Source of the DNA: Abditibacterium sp.
GTDB lineage: Bacteria; Armatimonadota; Abditibacteriia; Abditibacteriales; Abditibacteriaceae
Reading direction: 5' to 3'
Length of the DNA stretch: 64,000 nt
NCBI GenBank assembly: GCA_965246885.1
Contig: OZ251992.1
Span: forward strand, 1,344,001-1,408,000
A program made the translations under genes and the position numbers. Below are positions 8,480 through 17,702 of this stretch, piece by piece. The notes below the pieces were generated by a model. The model was not told the DNA's origin and did not search any database. It saw nothing but the letters and a program-made list of their open reading frames with translations. Position 1 is the first letter of the stretch. Every line of letters starts with the position of its first letter.

Positions 8480-10489
8480 ATGTCGAACCCAACCGTTCCG
8501 CCGCTTCGCTGGGGGATTTTGTCTACGGGCGCTATCGCCCGCACTTTTGCTACCGATCTGCCGCACTCCCAAAGCGGCACCCTCCTCGCTGTCGCTTCGC
8601 GCACGGATGAAGGCGCCGCCCGCTTTGCCGCCGAAGTGGGCGCCCCCAAGTCGTACGGCACTTACGAGGCGCTACTCGCCGACCCCGAAGTGGACGCGGT
8701 GTATATCGCCACGCCGCACCCGCTCCACTTGGAGTGGGTCATCAAAGCGGCGGATGCGGGCAAGCACATTCTGTGCGAAAAGCCGCTTACGCTCAACTCC
8801 CCCGAAGCCGCGCGCGCCGTCGAAGCCGCACGCCGCAACAACGTGCGCTTGCTGGAAGCGTTCATGTATCGCTGCCACCCGCAAACCGCGCGCGTGGTGG
8901 AGTTGGTCACGTCCGGCGCTTTGGGAACGGTAAAGGCCCTTGAAGCGACGTTCTCCTTCGGCGCGGGCTTTGACCCCCAATCGCGTTTGTTCAACCTCGA
9001 ACTGGGCGGCGGCGGCATCTTGGATGTCGGTTGCTACGTGGCGTCCTTCGTTCGCTTGGTCGCGGGCGCCGCGCTTGGCAAGCCGTTCGCCGAGCCGCTC
9101 GAACTCAAAGCGGTGGGCACCTTGGCGCCGTCGGGCGCCGACGCTTACACCGTCGCCGTCGCGCGCTTCGAGAACGGCATCGTCGCGCAGTTGCACACCG
9201 GCGTCAGCTTAAACGGCGGCGGCTTTTGCCGCGTCATCGGCGATAAAGCGACGCTGCGCGTGCCGTCCCCTTGGTTTTGCTCTCCCGTCGAAGGGCGCGA
9301 CGAAACGCTGCTGGTGTTGGAGCAAGACGGCAAGGCCGAGGACATCTACATTCCCTTCGACCGCCCCTTGTACGCCTACGAAGCCGACGCGCTTGCTCAG
9401 TTCGTGGCGACGGGTGAAGTGCCGCGCCCCGCGATGGGGCCGGACGATGCTCTTGGCAACATGCGCTTGCTCGATGAGTGGCGCTTGCAAGTGGGCGTCA
9501 CCTACCCCAACGAGCGCGGCGAGAAGCCCTCCCCCGTCAAAGCGCGGCCCGGCTCCAAAATGCGCTTCCGCGAACTGCCGAATGTGGTGGACAAAGCGGG
9601 CGCTCCGAAGAAGGTGTCGCAAATCGTGATGGGCACCATGCTCGAAGGCGCCATCGAGCAGTATTCGCACGCGATGGCGCTCTTCGATGACTTCATCGAG
9701 CGCGGCGGGACGTGCTTCGACACGGCCTACGTTTACGGGACGGAAGCGGTCGTGGGGCGCTGGCTCGCGTCGCGCGGCGTGCGCGACGACGTGACGCTCA
9801 TTGTCAAAGGCGCGCATCCGCCGCACTGCACCCCCGACGGCTTTAAGCGCGAACTGGACGAATCGCTCGACCGCTTGGGCATCGCGCGCGGCGACATTTA
9901 CATGCTGCACCGCGATAATACCGACATCCCCATCGGCGAGTGGATCGAAGCGCTCAACGAAGGGCTGCGCGCCGGGTTGTATGGCGCTTACGGCGGCTCC
10001 AACTGGAGCATCGCGCGCATCCAAGCGGGCAACGCTTACGCCGCCCAAAAGGGGTTGCAAGGCTTTGCGGGCGCCTCGAACAACTTCTCTCTCGCTCGCA
10101 TGGTCAGCCCCGTGTGGGACGGCTGCATCTCGTCGTCCGATGCCGCTTCGCGCGCGTGGTTCGAGCAAACCCAAACCGCGCTGTTTTCGTGGAGTAGCCA
10201 AGCGCGCGGCTTTTTCGCGCGCGCCGACAAGAGTTTCACGGCAGACGAAGAACTCGTGCGCTGCTGGTATGGCGACGACAACTTCGCCCGCTTGGAGCGT
10301 GCCAAGGAGTTGGCCGCCAAGCGCGGCGTGTCGCCCGTCGTAGTCGCGGCGGCATATGTCCTCGCCCAACCGTTTCCCATCTTCGCGCTGATTGGCCCGC
10401 GCGCGCTGAGCGAGACGCGCGACTCTTTCGAGGCGCTCGACATGGAACTGTCTCCACAAGAGTTGCGCTGGCTGAACTTGGAGGATTAG
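8480..10489 (+). CDS. Gfo/Idh/MocA oxidoreductase fused to aldo/keto reductase
   Basis: WGILSTGAIA, CEKP, GGGILDVGCY, then FDTAYVYG, YMLHRD, GGSNWS. Confidence 0.9.
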   Translation: MSNPTVPPLRWGILSTGAIARTFATDLPHSQSGTLLAVASRTDEGAARFAAEVGAPKSYGTYEALLADPEVDAVYIATPHPLHLEWVIKAADAGKHILCEKPLTLNSPEAARAVEAARRNNVRLLEAFMYRCHPQTARVVELVTSGALGTVKALEATFSFGAGFDPQSRLFNLELGGGGILDVGCYVASFVRLVAGAALGKPFAEPLELKAVGTLAPSGADAYTVAVARFENGIVAQLHTGVSLNGGGFCRVIGDKATLRVPSPWFCSPVEGRDETLLVLEQDGKAEDIYIPFDRPLYAYEADALAQFVATGEVPRPAMGPDDALGNMRLLDEWRLQVGVTYPNERGEKPSPVKARPGSKMRFRELPNVVDKAGAPKKVSQIVMGTMLEGAIEQYSHAMALFDDFIERGGTCFDTAYVYGTEAVVGRWLASRGVRDDVTLIVKGAHPPHCTPDGFKRELDESLDRLGIARGDIYMLHRDNTDIPIGEWIEALNEGLRAGLYGAYGGSNWSIARIQAGNAYAAQKGLQGFAGASNNFSLARMVSPVWDGCISSSDAASRAWFEQTQTALFSWSSQARGFFARADKSFTADEELVRCWYGDDNFARLERAKELAAKRGVSPVVVAAAYVLAQPFPIFALIGPRALSETRDSFEALDMELSPQELRWLNLED

Positions 10490-11349
10490 CGGCCCCACAC
10501 GCCCTCGAAGACGATTTGGGCGGGGCCGGTCTTCCAGATTCCGCCGCTCGCTTCGTCCCATTCGATTTCGAGGGTGCCGCCTTTGGAAACCACTTCGACG
10601 CTTCCGGTTGCGCGCCCCGTAACGCGGGCGGCGACGGCGACGGCGCAGGCACCCGTGCCGCACGCGAGAGTTTCTCCGGCGCCGCGCTCCCAAATGCGCA
10701 CGCCAAAGCGGTTGGGCGCGAGGGGGTGCGCCCACATGACGGAAGTGCGGTCGGGGAACATCGGCGCGAGTTCCAAGCGGGGACTCCACGCTTGGAACGC
10801 GGCGTCCGTAACGGGCGCGTTGGAAAAAAGCACGGTGTGCGTCGAGCCGGTGGACAGGGCGGTCGCGTGCTCGAAGGTGTGGCCGTCGAGTTCGATAGTG
10901 CCCTCGATGAGCGGCGCGGCGCGGTCAAGGGGCACAAGAGCGGGCGCGAACTGGGGGGCGCCCATCGCCACGCGGATGAACTCGCTGGGTAGAATCTGCA
11001 CTTCCCGCGCGCCCGATAGGGTCTGGACGAAAAAGTGGCGCCCGACATCCCCGTGTAAAAATGCGAGGTAGGCCACGCAGCGCAAACCGTTGCCGCACAT
11101 ATCTTCGCTGCCGTCGGGGTTCCACATGCGCATGCGGACGGCGCTGGTGCCGTCCATTGCGCGCTCCAAAGAAAGCACGCCATCGGCGCCCACGTCAAAG
11201 TGCCGCGCGCACGCGGCGCGGGCGAAATGGGCGAACGGGAAATCGGTGGGGAGGGCGTGGCGCAGGAGGTCGAGGACAACGAAGTCGTTGCCGATGCCGT
11301 GCATTTTGGTGAAGGCGACGGCGCCCGAAGGCGGTTGGGAAGGGTTCAT
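10486..11349 (-). CDS. dapF: DapF-family PLP-independent epimerase/racemase (divergent paralog)
   Basis: FTKMHGIGNDF, MCGNGLRC, ERGAGETLACGTGACA; lacks canonical GNPH. Confidence 0.8.
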   Translation of the reverse strand: MNPSQPPSGAVAFTKMHGIGNDFVVLDLLRHALPTDFPFAHFARAACARHFDVGADGVLSLERAMDGTSAVRMRMWNPDGSEDMCGNGLRCVAYLAFLHGDVGRHFFVQTLSGAREVQILPSEFIRVAMGAPQFAPALVPLDRAAPLIEGTIELDGHTFEHATALSTGSTHTVLFSNAPVTDAAFQAWSPRLELAPMFPDRTSVMWAHPLAPNRFGVRIWERGAGETLACGTGACAVAVAARVTGRATGSVEVVSKGGTLEIEWDEASGGIWKTGPAQIVFEGVWGR

Positions 11350-11542
11350 AGTGCGGGGAAAAGTGGGCAAAATCCGGGCGCAAATGGGCCAAACGCGGGG
11401 GACACCTTGACAAGGGGCCTCCACTTCTCCGAAAATTAGGGCCTACTTCGCGCCAAAACTGGTGGTTAAACGCGGCGGCCCGTGCAACATGACGAGCCAG
11501 ACGCGCTCTAAACACGCGGGAATTGGTGTGAATAACCTTCGG

Positions 11543-13813
11543 ATGTCCTTCGCCACTTTGACGCGCTCCCGGATCAGTTTCCGGCACGAAGCGCCTTGGA
11601 TGCGCCTGACGGCGCGCGCCCTCCTCGCCGGATGGCTGTTGCCCATGCTGTTCGCCCTGCTTTCAACGCTGGGTGTAGGTGTCCAACCGGCCCTCGCGCA
11701 GGACGCGGGCGGCCAAACCGTCGTCGTCCTCGATTTCGCCACGCCCAACGGCGTTGACCCACTTCTGGGCCGCAAAGCCGCCGACGCGCTCGCGGTCGAA
11801 TTGCAGCGTACCGGCGAATACACCGTCGTTACCCGCCAAGACTTGCAAAAAGCCGTTGGCCAACAAGCCGGATTGCAGCCGCCCTTCAACGACACCGCCC
11901 AAGTCCGCTTGGCGCAGGCCGTCGGTGCCAGTAGCGTCTTTTCGGGCGAAGTGGCGAACGTCAATGTCGTCCCCGGCCAAAGTGCCCGCGTGCGCCTCAT
12001 CGTGCGCCAACTCGACCAACTCACCGGCGACTACATCAACGGCACCCAGAACATCGAAAGCACCGAGCAAAAGCTCACGACGGTCGCCAACGAAATCTTG
12101 GTGGACGAAGCCATCAACAAAGCCGCGTTCTCGGCGGTGCGCTCGATGCGTCAAACCGCGCTTCCCACTGGCGCCGTCCTCAACACCACGCGCGACGACA
12201 TGGAACTTTCCATCGGTACCCGCGAAGGCGTGAGCGTTGGCCAACGTTACACCATCTTGCGCGACGTCTATAACGCCGCCCGCAACGTGACCGAGCGCGT
12301 CAAAATCGGTGAAGTGACCATCCGCCGCGTTGAGGCCGATCAATCCACCGCCGTCCTCAGCGCGGGCGGGCCGCAAGGCGTGCGCACCGGCGACCGCGTT
12401 CGCCAAATCTTCGTGGCCTCCCAAGCGCCCGTTTCGACTTCCAACGGCACCGGCTCCAGCAGTCCCGTTACCGCCAAGCCCGCGCGCGTCACCAGTGGAG
12501 ACCGGGGCATCGCCAAAAGTGGGGCCGCCAAGGGCTTGCTCGGTATTGGCGCCCTCATCGCGTTAATTGGCATCGCCGGTTTCGCTTCGGGCGGCAGCAA
12601 CTCCGCGCCCAGCGTCGGCCAACCGTTCGAGTCCAATCCCTACGGCGCCGCGCCGACTGCCGCGCTCACCTTCAACTCGACCACCACCGACGTGGTGGGC
12701 TACCTCGTTTTTCGCGGTACCAATCCCAACTTCGCGCCCGCAATTCAGAACTTGCAGTCGTTCCTCGACGCGCGCTCGCAGAGCGCCGGACGCACCATCA
12801 CCTACTCCGACCCGCTCATCACCTCGGCGATCTCGTTGCGCCAAAAGGTCGTCATCACCGCCAACAACAATGGCAATACGAACAATAACAACGGCAATGG
12901 CAACAACAACGGGAACACTGGCAATAGCTCGTTCGTCTCGGTGACTTTCACCAACGCCGCTTCCACTGGCACCGACAACCAAGACATCCAGCAACAAACC
13001 GCCACGCTCGAATACACGCAGCGCCCTCTTGAAATCGGCACCACCTACTACTACAAGATAGGCCGCATCAACTCCGTCAAGACCACCACCACGAACAATA
13101 ACAACAACAACGGGAACAACAACAACGGGAACAATAACAACGGGAACAATAACAACGGGAACAACACCGGCACCACGACGACCGTCACCATCAACCTGAC
13201 CCAGACTCCCGCTTCCGAAGCCACCGGGGGATACACGCCGCTTCTGCGCCCGCTCATCATTGCCAGTTCGACCAACCCGGCGTACAACTTGAGCAACTTC
13301 TCCGTTCGCCTCAACGCGCAGGCCGACATCAACCAACTCACCTCCAACCTCAACTACTCGTTCCCGATCAACTCGAACGCTGCGACGGGCGCGGACATTC
13401 TTCGTGTGCAAGTCTCGACATCGAGCAACTTCTCCGATGCCAGCACCTTCACTTCGGCGGACACCGCGCCCCCGGCGCCCAACGGAACCGGCGACGTCGT
13501 GCTCGACTTCGGGCGCATCCAAATCCCCGGCACGACTCTGGGCCAGTTCACCAACGGCACGACGCCCATCTACATTCGCGCCCAGTCGCGCCGCTCGACT
13601 GACGTGAACTCCGTGTTCCGCGTCAGCCCAACCATCACCGTGCCCGCCAGCCAAGTCACCGACTCTTCCACCGTCGTCGCGGCGGCCACGAGCGCTTCGC
13701 GCTTCTTGAGCAGTGCGCCCGCAGCTTCGGGCCTGAGCTTCGGGCGCGGCGCCGGACGCGGCACCAGCAGCGTTGGAGTGCCCAATACCCGCGTGGGTAA
13801 ACCGCGCGACTAA
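11543..13813 (+). CDS. Large secreted protein: CsgG/FlgT-like N-terminal region, Asn/Thr-rich beta-rich C-terminus
   Basis: Signal-like segment ending ALA-QD; VVVLDF...AADALAVEL..TGEYTVVTR; IG.REGV..GQRY; poly-Asn tracts; start uncertain. Confidence 0.65.
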   Translation: MSFATLTRSRISFRHEAPWMRLTARALLAGWLLPMLFALLSTLGVGVQPALAQDAGGQTVVVLDFATPNGVDPLLGRKAADALAVELQRTGEYTVVTRQDLQKAVGQQAGLQPPFNDTAQVRLAQAVGASSVFSGEVANVNVVPGQSARVRLIVRQLDQLTGDYINGTQNIESTEQKLTTVANEILVDEAINKAAFSAVRSMRQTALPTGAVLNTTRDDMELSIGTREGVSVGQRYTILRDVYNAARNVTERVKIGEVTIRRVEADQSTAVLSAGGPQGVRTGDRVRQIFVASQAPVSTSNGTGSSSPVTAKPARVTSGDRGIAKSGAAKGLLGIGALIALIGIAGFASGGSNSAPSVGQPFESNPYGAAPTAALTFNSTTTDVVGYLVFRGTNPNFAPAIQNLQSFLDARSQSAGRTITYSDPLITSAISLRQKVVITANNNGNTNNNNGNGNNNGNTGNSSFVSVTFTNAASTGTDNQDIQQQTATLEYTQRPLEIGTTYYYKIGRINSVKTTTTNNNNNNGNNNNGNNNNGNNNNGNNTGTTTTVTINLTQTPASEATGGYTPLLRPLIIASSTNPAYNLSNFSVRLNAQADINQLTSNLNYSFPINSNAATGADILRVQVSTSSNFSDASTFTSADTAPPAPNGTGDVVLDFGRIQIPGTTLGQFTNGTTPIYIRAQSRRSTDVNSVFRVSPTITVPASQVTDSSTVVAAATSASRFLSSAPAASGLSFGRGAGRGTSSVGVPNTRVGKPRD
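13094..13165 (+). repeat. Coding (NNNNG)n 15-bp microsatellite
   Basis: aacaa(c/t)aacaacggg repeated about four times. Confidence 0.85.
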
Positions 13814-13939
13814 CGCGATGATCTCCCGGTGTCCGGCGCTTTCCTTGCGCCGGACATCGCCGTTTCGTCTTGCCCTCTTCCGTCGAGGAGGCACTTCGAG
13901 AGATACTCTAAAGCATCCCGGCGCACCGCGCCTTCTTCC

Positions 13940-14728
13940 ATGAAAACACCTCTTTTGCGACTTTGCGCCGTTGGCCTTCTTGTTTCGACCGCGTGCGCGC
14001 CCATCGCCCACGCCGCGCCGCGCAACAAGAAAGTCACGAGCCTTGAAATCTGGCCGGGGCGCCGCACGCTCATCGTGTTGCCTCTTTCGGTCGCTACCGG
14101 GTTCGTCGAGGGCGATGGCAGTGGGAGCGATGCCCTTGGCCGTGCGCTCGTGCCGGTTATCACGCCCCAACTATCGAACGCTTTGGCGGCCACCCGCAAG
14201 TTCTCCATCACGCGGCCCTACAAATTCGATCCGCTCCTTATCCGCGCCATCGCGGACAAGAGCCTCACCCAAGACGACGCTAACACCTTTATCGAGAACC
14301 CCTCCCTGTCTGTCTCGCAGAACGTGCTCACGCAACTGGGCCTCGATCAACCCGGCACCGTTGCGCAACTCACCCTGCAAACCCTGCGCGTCGGTGGCAC
14401 TAAGGCCGCGCCAACCGTGCAACTGACCGTGCACGGCGATTTGTATGAAGCCAGTGGGACGCAACCGCTTCGCTCCATTACCGTCACCAGCAGGCCCTTC
14501 GCGGGCCGGACGCCCGACGAGCGGTTGCGCAGCGCCGCCGATCAAGTCTTTACCGACATCGCCAACGCCTTCGTCGAACCGCCCTCCGAGTTCCAATTGC
14601 CCGCGCCCGGCCCCGCCATCCCCGTGAAAACAACCGGAGCCGCCCCCACCCAAACGGCGCCCATCGCGCCCGGTTCGCCCGCGCCCGGAAATGGCAACGC
14701 CCCGGCCTCGCCCCAAGTCGCCGGGTAA
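13940..14728 (+). CDS. Secreted hypothetical protein
   Basis: Signal peptide ending AHA-AP; Pro-rich tail; co-oriented with neighbours. Confidence 0.7.
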   Translation: MKTPLLRLCAVGLLVSTACAPIAHAAPRNKKVTSLEIWPGRRTLIVLPLSVATGFVEGDGSGSDALGRALVPVITPQLSNALAATRKFSITRPYKFDPLLIRAIADKSLTQDDANTFIENPSLSVSQNVLTQLGLDQPGTVAQLTLQTLRVGGTKAAPTVQLTVHGDLYEASGTQPLRSITVTSRPFAGRTPDERLRSAADQVFTDIANAFVEPPSEFQLPAPGPAIPVKTTGAAPTQTAPIAPGSPAPGNGNAPASPQVAG

Positions 14729-14770
14729 ACTTTCTTCGTAACTACCAGCGTACTTCATCCCGCTTCGCTT

Positions 14771-17194
14771 ATGTCCCCTCGCTTTTGCGCTTCGCTTTTG
14801 GTCGCGGGCTTTTGCCTGCCCTTGGCGGCGCGCGCCCAAAGCCGGTTTGAACTGCGCGCCGAACCCGATGTCATCCCGGCGAACGGGCTGTCCACGACTT
14901 CGATCTTCGTTCAAGTCCCGTCCGGTTCCGCCGCCATCACGCCCAACTCTGTTGTCCGCTTTGCGACGACGGCGGGCACCATCGAAGGGCAGGCCGTTTT
15001 ATCGGGCGGCGTCGCGCGCGTCTTGCTCCGCTCGGCCAGCACGCCCGGAACCGCAACTGTCACCGCGTTCGTCAACGGCGCCCGCGAAGACATTACCGTT
15101 GAGTTCGCCGAAGATACCGGGCTGCGCGAGCGCTTTCTCGAAGTCGCCGCCCCCTACACCGCGTATGGCAAGGACACCGGCATCATCACCTCGGCGGGAA
15201 AGACGAGCTTGGATTTCGGCGACCTGCACATTGAAAGCGACGTGCGGCTTGATGTGGACTTGAACATGGAGCGCATCTGGGCGCAGGGCAACGCCGGAAG
15301 CGTGGTTATTGCCAATGGGAGCGGTAAGAACCGCGTCGAACTGCGCGGCGACCGCTTGTTTTACGACTTGCGCAAGCGCCAAGGCGTGATGCGCCGCTCG
15401 CAAGCCAATGCGACGGGTGGCGCGCGCCAAGAGTTCGTCGGCTCCAAGTTCGCGGCCCCCCCCGCTCCCTTGCCGAGCGACGCCGCGCCCGTGCCCAAAT
15501 CCGATGCGCCCGCGCTGCTTGTCCCCCCGCAGGCGTCCGCCGCCGCCCCCGACCGGGTGACAGACACGCGCCAGCCAACGGCGGGCACGCGGGAATTGGT
15601 GACAGACACGCGCCAGCCAGTGGCGGGCACGCGGGAATCGGTGGCGGGTACGCGCCAACCAATGACAGACGCCCCGGATTCGTCTGCCGCCGTGCCCGGC
15701 TCGCCCGCCGCCGCCCCGGAGTCGCTCGTTCAGTCCGGCGAAACGCGCTCCAACCCACTTGTCGCGCAGCCCAAACCCGACGCCGACGGGCCGGGATTGC
15801 CGACGGAGCTACCCTCCTACAAGCCGCTTCCCGACGGCGACTTTCAGCCGCGCATCGTTGAACTGCCGCCGCCCAACTTCAACACGAGCGCGGGCTATTG
15901 GGTCGCTTCGCGGCGCTTGCGCGTCTTTCCGCGCGACAAAGTGCAGTTCGAGCGCGCCGCCATCTTCTTCAACGGCGGCAAAGCGTTCTCTCTGCCGCTT
16001 TACGTCTTGCCTCTGGACGGCTCCTTCAACCCGCAGACCGATCTTTTCTCGTTTAACTCGCGCGGCGGCGCGAGCGTGCGCTTTCCCTACTATTACCAAG
16101 CGTCCAAAGGCGGGACGGGCACGCTGTTTCTCAACAACGCGATGGGCGGCGGCTTCAGTCGCGCGCAGTCCGGCCCCTCAATTGAAGTGCAGCAGCAATA
16201 CTGGCTGAGTTCCCGCTCGCACGGCAACTTCGGCGTTGACCAAATCGGGCGCGGCGACTTCAACGTCAACTTCGCCCACCAACAGCAATTAGACCCGCGC
16301 ACCACCGCCAACCTGTTCGTCAACGCGCCGCGCCACCGCGACCTGTATGCCCGCGCTACCGTCGCCCGCGACTTGTCGGCCATGCAAATTGGCTTCGAGG
16401 GCTTCTACGACCGCCCCGAAAACACCGCCGGAAACCTGCGCGGCCAGTTCTATGCCCGCATGCGCCCCAAAACTTTGGGCAAAAGCGGCTGGACTTATTC
16501 CCTGTCGGCCAACGCCCTCGCCGTGCAGCGCGTCGCGTTTCAACTGTCCGGCGGCGTTGCCGGAACTGGCGGCCTCGACCCCAACGGCGGCGGCATCTCC
16601 ATTGGCGGCAATCCCGCTGGCGGCACGGCGGCAGTCACCGGCTACCGCGCGCTGTTGGGCCAAACTCTCAACGCTTCCCTTTCTTCGCCGTCGTATTCGC
16701 CTTGGCGCGGCTCGACTTTTAGCGCTAACTTGTTGGCAACGGCCTACAACTACTCCGACCACCGGCGCGGCCTTGCGCCCGGAGTCAACCTCGCGTTCGG
16801 CCAGTCGCTTGGCAAGCGCGCCAACTTGGGTTTGTCTTACACCTACGACCGCGCCAGTTTGGGCTTATACGGCGCGACGGCGACCTCGTTCACGCACTAC
16901 TTCACCGCCAACGCGAACGCGCGCTTGGGCGATAAAATCGTGGCGAGCGGCTTCGCTTCGCGCTCGCTGTCCGATAAATCGCTGTATGGCAACGCCGGTT
17001 TGGACTACTACTTCGCCCCGAAATGGCGGGCCGGTGCCTTTGTAGACTACGCGAGCTTTTCGCTCGCGCGGAGCCGCACCGTTACGACGGGCTGGAGCCT
17101 TGGCCGCGCCATCGGCAACCGCGAACTGTCGCTCAACCACGACTCCCTGCGCGGCAAAACCTACGTCCTGTTTAGCGGCGGGGGCGGGTATTAG
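14771..17194 (+). CDS. Outer-membrane protein: Big-1/invasin-like N-domain plus LptD-like beta-barrel
   Basis: Signal peptide; AEPDVIPANGLSTTSI...FATTAGTI Ig-like segment; alternating aromatic beta-strands C-terminally. Confidence 0.6.
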   Translation: MSPRFCASLLVAGFCLPLAARAQSRFELRAEPDVIPANGLSTTSIFVQVPSGSAAITPNSVVRFATTAGTIEGQAVLSGGVARVLLRSASTPGTATVTAFVNGAREDITVEFAEDTGLRERFLEVAAPYTAYGKDTGIITSAGKTSLDFGDLHIESDVRLDVDLNMERIWAQGNAGSVVIANGSGKNRVELRGDRLFYDLRKRQGVMRRSQANATGGARQEFVGSKFAAPPAPLPSDAAPVPKSDAPALLVPPQASAAAPDRVTDTRQPTAGTRELVTDTRQPVAGTRESVAGTRQPMTDAPDSSAAVPGSPAAAPESLVQSGETRSNPLVAQPKPDADGPGLPTELPSYKPLPDGDFQPRIVELPPPNFNTSAGYWVASRRLRVFPRDKVQFERAAIFFNGGKAFSLPLYVLPLDGSFNPQTDLFSFNSRGGASVRFPYYYQASKGGTGTLFLNNAMGGGFSRAQSGPSIEVQQQYWLSSRSHGNFGVDQIGRGDFNVNFAHQQQLDPRTTANLFVNAPRHRDLYARATVARDLSAMQIGFEGFYDRPENTAGNLRGQFYARMRPKTLGKSGWTYSLSANALAVQRVAFQLSGGVAGTGGLDPNGGGISIGGNPAGGTAAVTGYRALLGQTLNASLSSPSYSPWRGSTFSANLLATAYNYSDHRRGLAPGVNLAFGQSLGKRANLGLSYTYDRASLGLYGATATSFTHYFTANANARLGDKIVASGFASRSLSDKSLYGNAGLDYYFAPKWRAGAFVDYASFSLARSRTVTTGWSLGRAIGNRELSLNHDSLRGKTYVLFSGGGGY
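15557..15682 (+). repeat. In-frame 21-bp tandem array (6 units)
   Basis: Encodes VTDTRQP TAGTREL VTDTRQP VAGTRES VAGTRQP MTDAPDS. Confidence 0.85.
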
Positions 17195-17304
17195 GCAAGC
17201 GAATAAATTCGCGGCCAGCAAAATCGTCAACCTTCGTTGACGTATTCCAGTTGCCCATCGGCGAAGGCCGACGTTTTCTCTGGCTGCTACTTTAGTCGCT
17301 TGCC
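17194..17304. repeat. REPIN-like palindrome (family A)
   Basis: ggcaagcgaataaattcgcggccag ... ctggctgctactttagtcgcttgcc with internal gtcaaccttcgttgac. Confidence 0.75.
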
Positions 17305-17363
17305 TTGACCCCGCCCGCCTACGCCGCTATAATTTCCCGTTGCCCCTTTTAGGAGGGCCGCTC

Positions 17364-17446
17364 GCGCGAGTGGCGAAATGGCAGACGCGCTAGCCTCAGG
17401 AGCTAGTGCCCGCAAGGGCGTGGAAGTTCGAGTCTTCTCTCGCGCA
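17364..17446 (+). tRNA. tRNA-Leu (anticodon CAG)
   Basis: Acceptor gcgcgag/ctcgcgc, D-arm tggcgaaatggcagacgc, anticodon stem ctagc-ctCAGga-gctag, long variable arm, GTTCGAGT T-loop; CCA not encoded; TATAAT upstream. Confidence 0.95.
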
Positions 17447-17447
17447 T

Positions 17448-17490
17448 CAAAAAACCGCAGTCTTTCCAACCCTTGGGCTGCGGTTTTTTG
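17448..17490 (+). terminator. Probable intrinsic (possibly bidirectional) terminator after tRNA
   Basis: caaaaaaccgcag ... ctgcggttttttg hairpin flanked by A and T runs. Confidence 0.7.
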
Positions 17491-17523
17491 CTTTCTGCTT
17501 CGGCCCCGCGAGCATCCACAAAG

Positions 17524-17662
17524 AGTTTTGACCGCAGATGCACGCCGATTGACGCAGATGGAAAAAAGTGTTGCTTCGCTATGTGTTAACGCATTAGTGC
17601 GCTCTGCTGTCCCCTTCCTCCAAAACATCTGCGTCAATCGGCGTGCATCTGCGGTCAAAACT
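17524..17662. repeat. Long palindrome (family B, CGCAGATG core)
   Basis: Perfect 37-bp IR 17524-17560 / 17626-17662. Confidence 0.88.
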
Positions 17663-17702
17663 TCTTGATGCGGCCTTCCTGCTTTCTATGGCTACAGAGG
17701 CA

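Noticed and set aside
8480..10489. Gfo/Idh/MocA-AKR fusion as a novelty
   Set aside because: A recognised architecture in many bacteria; kept as a feature only.
9209..14170. Long antisense ORFs (9209..10789, 12563..14170 and similar elsewhere)
   Set aside because: Typical shadow frames of high-GC coding sequence opposite well-supported genes.
17364..17446. tRNA-Leu as an integration site for an island or prophage
   Set aside because: No integrase, no duplicated tRNA 3' end seen, and housekeeping dapL follows.
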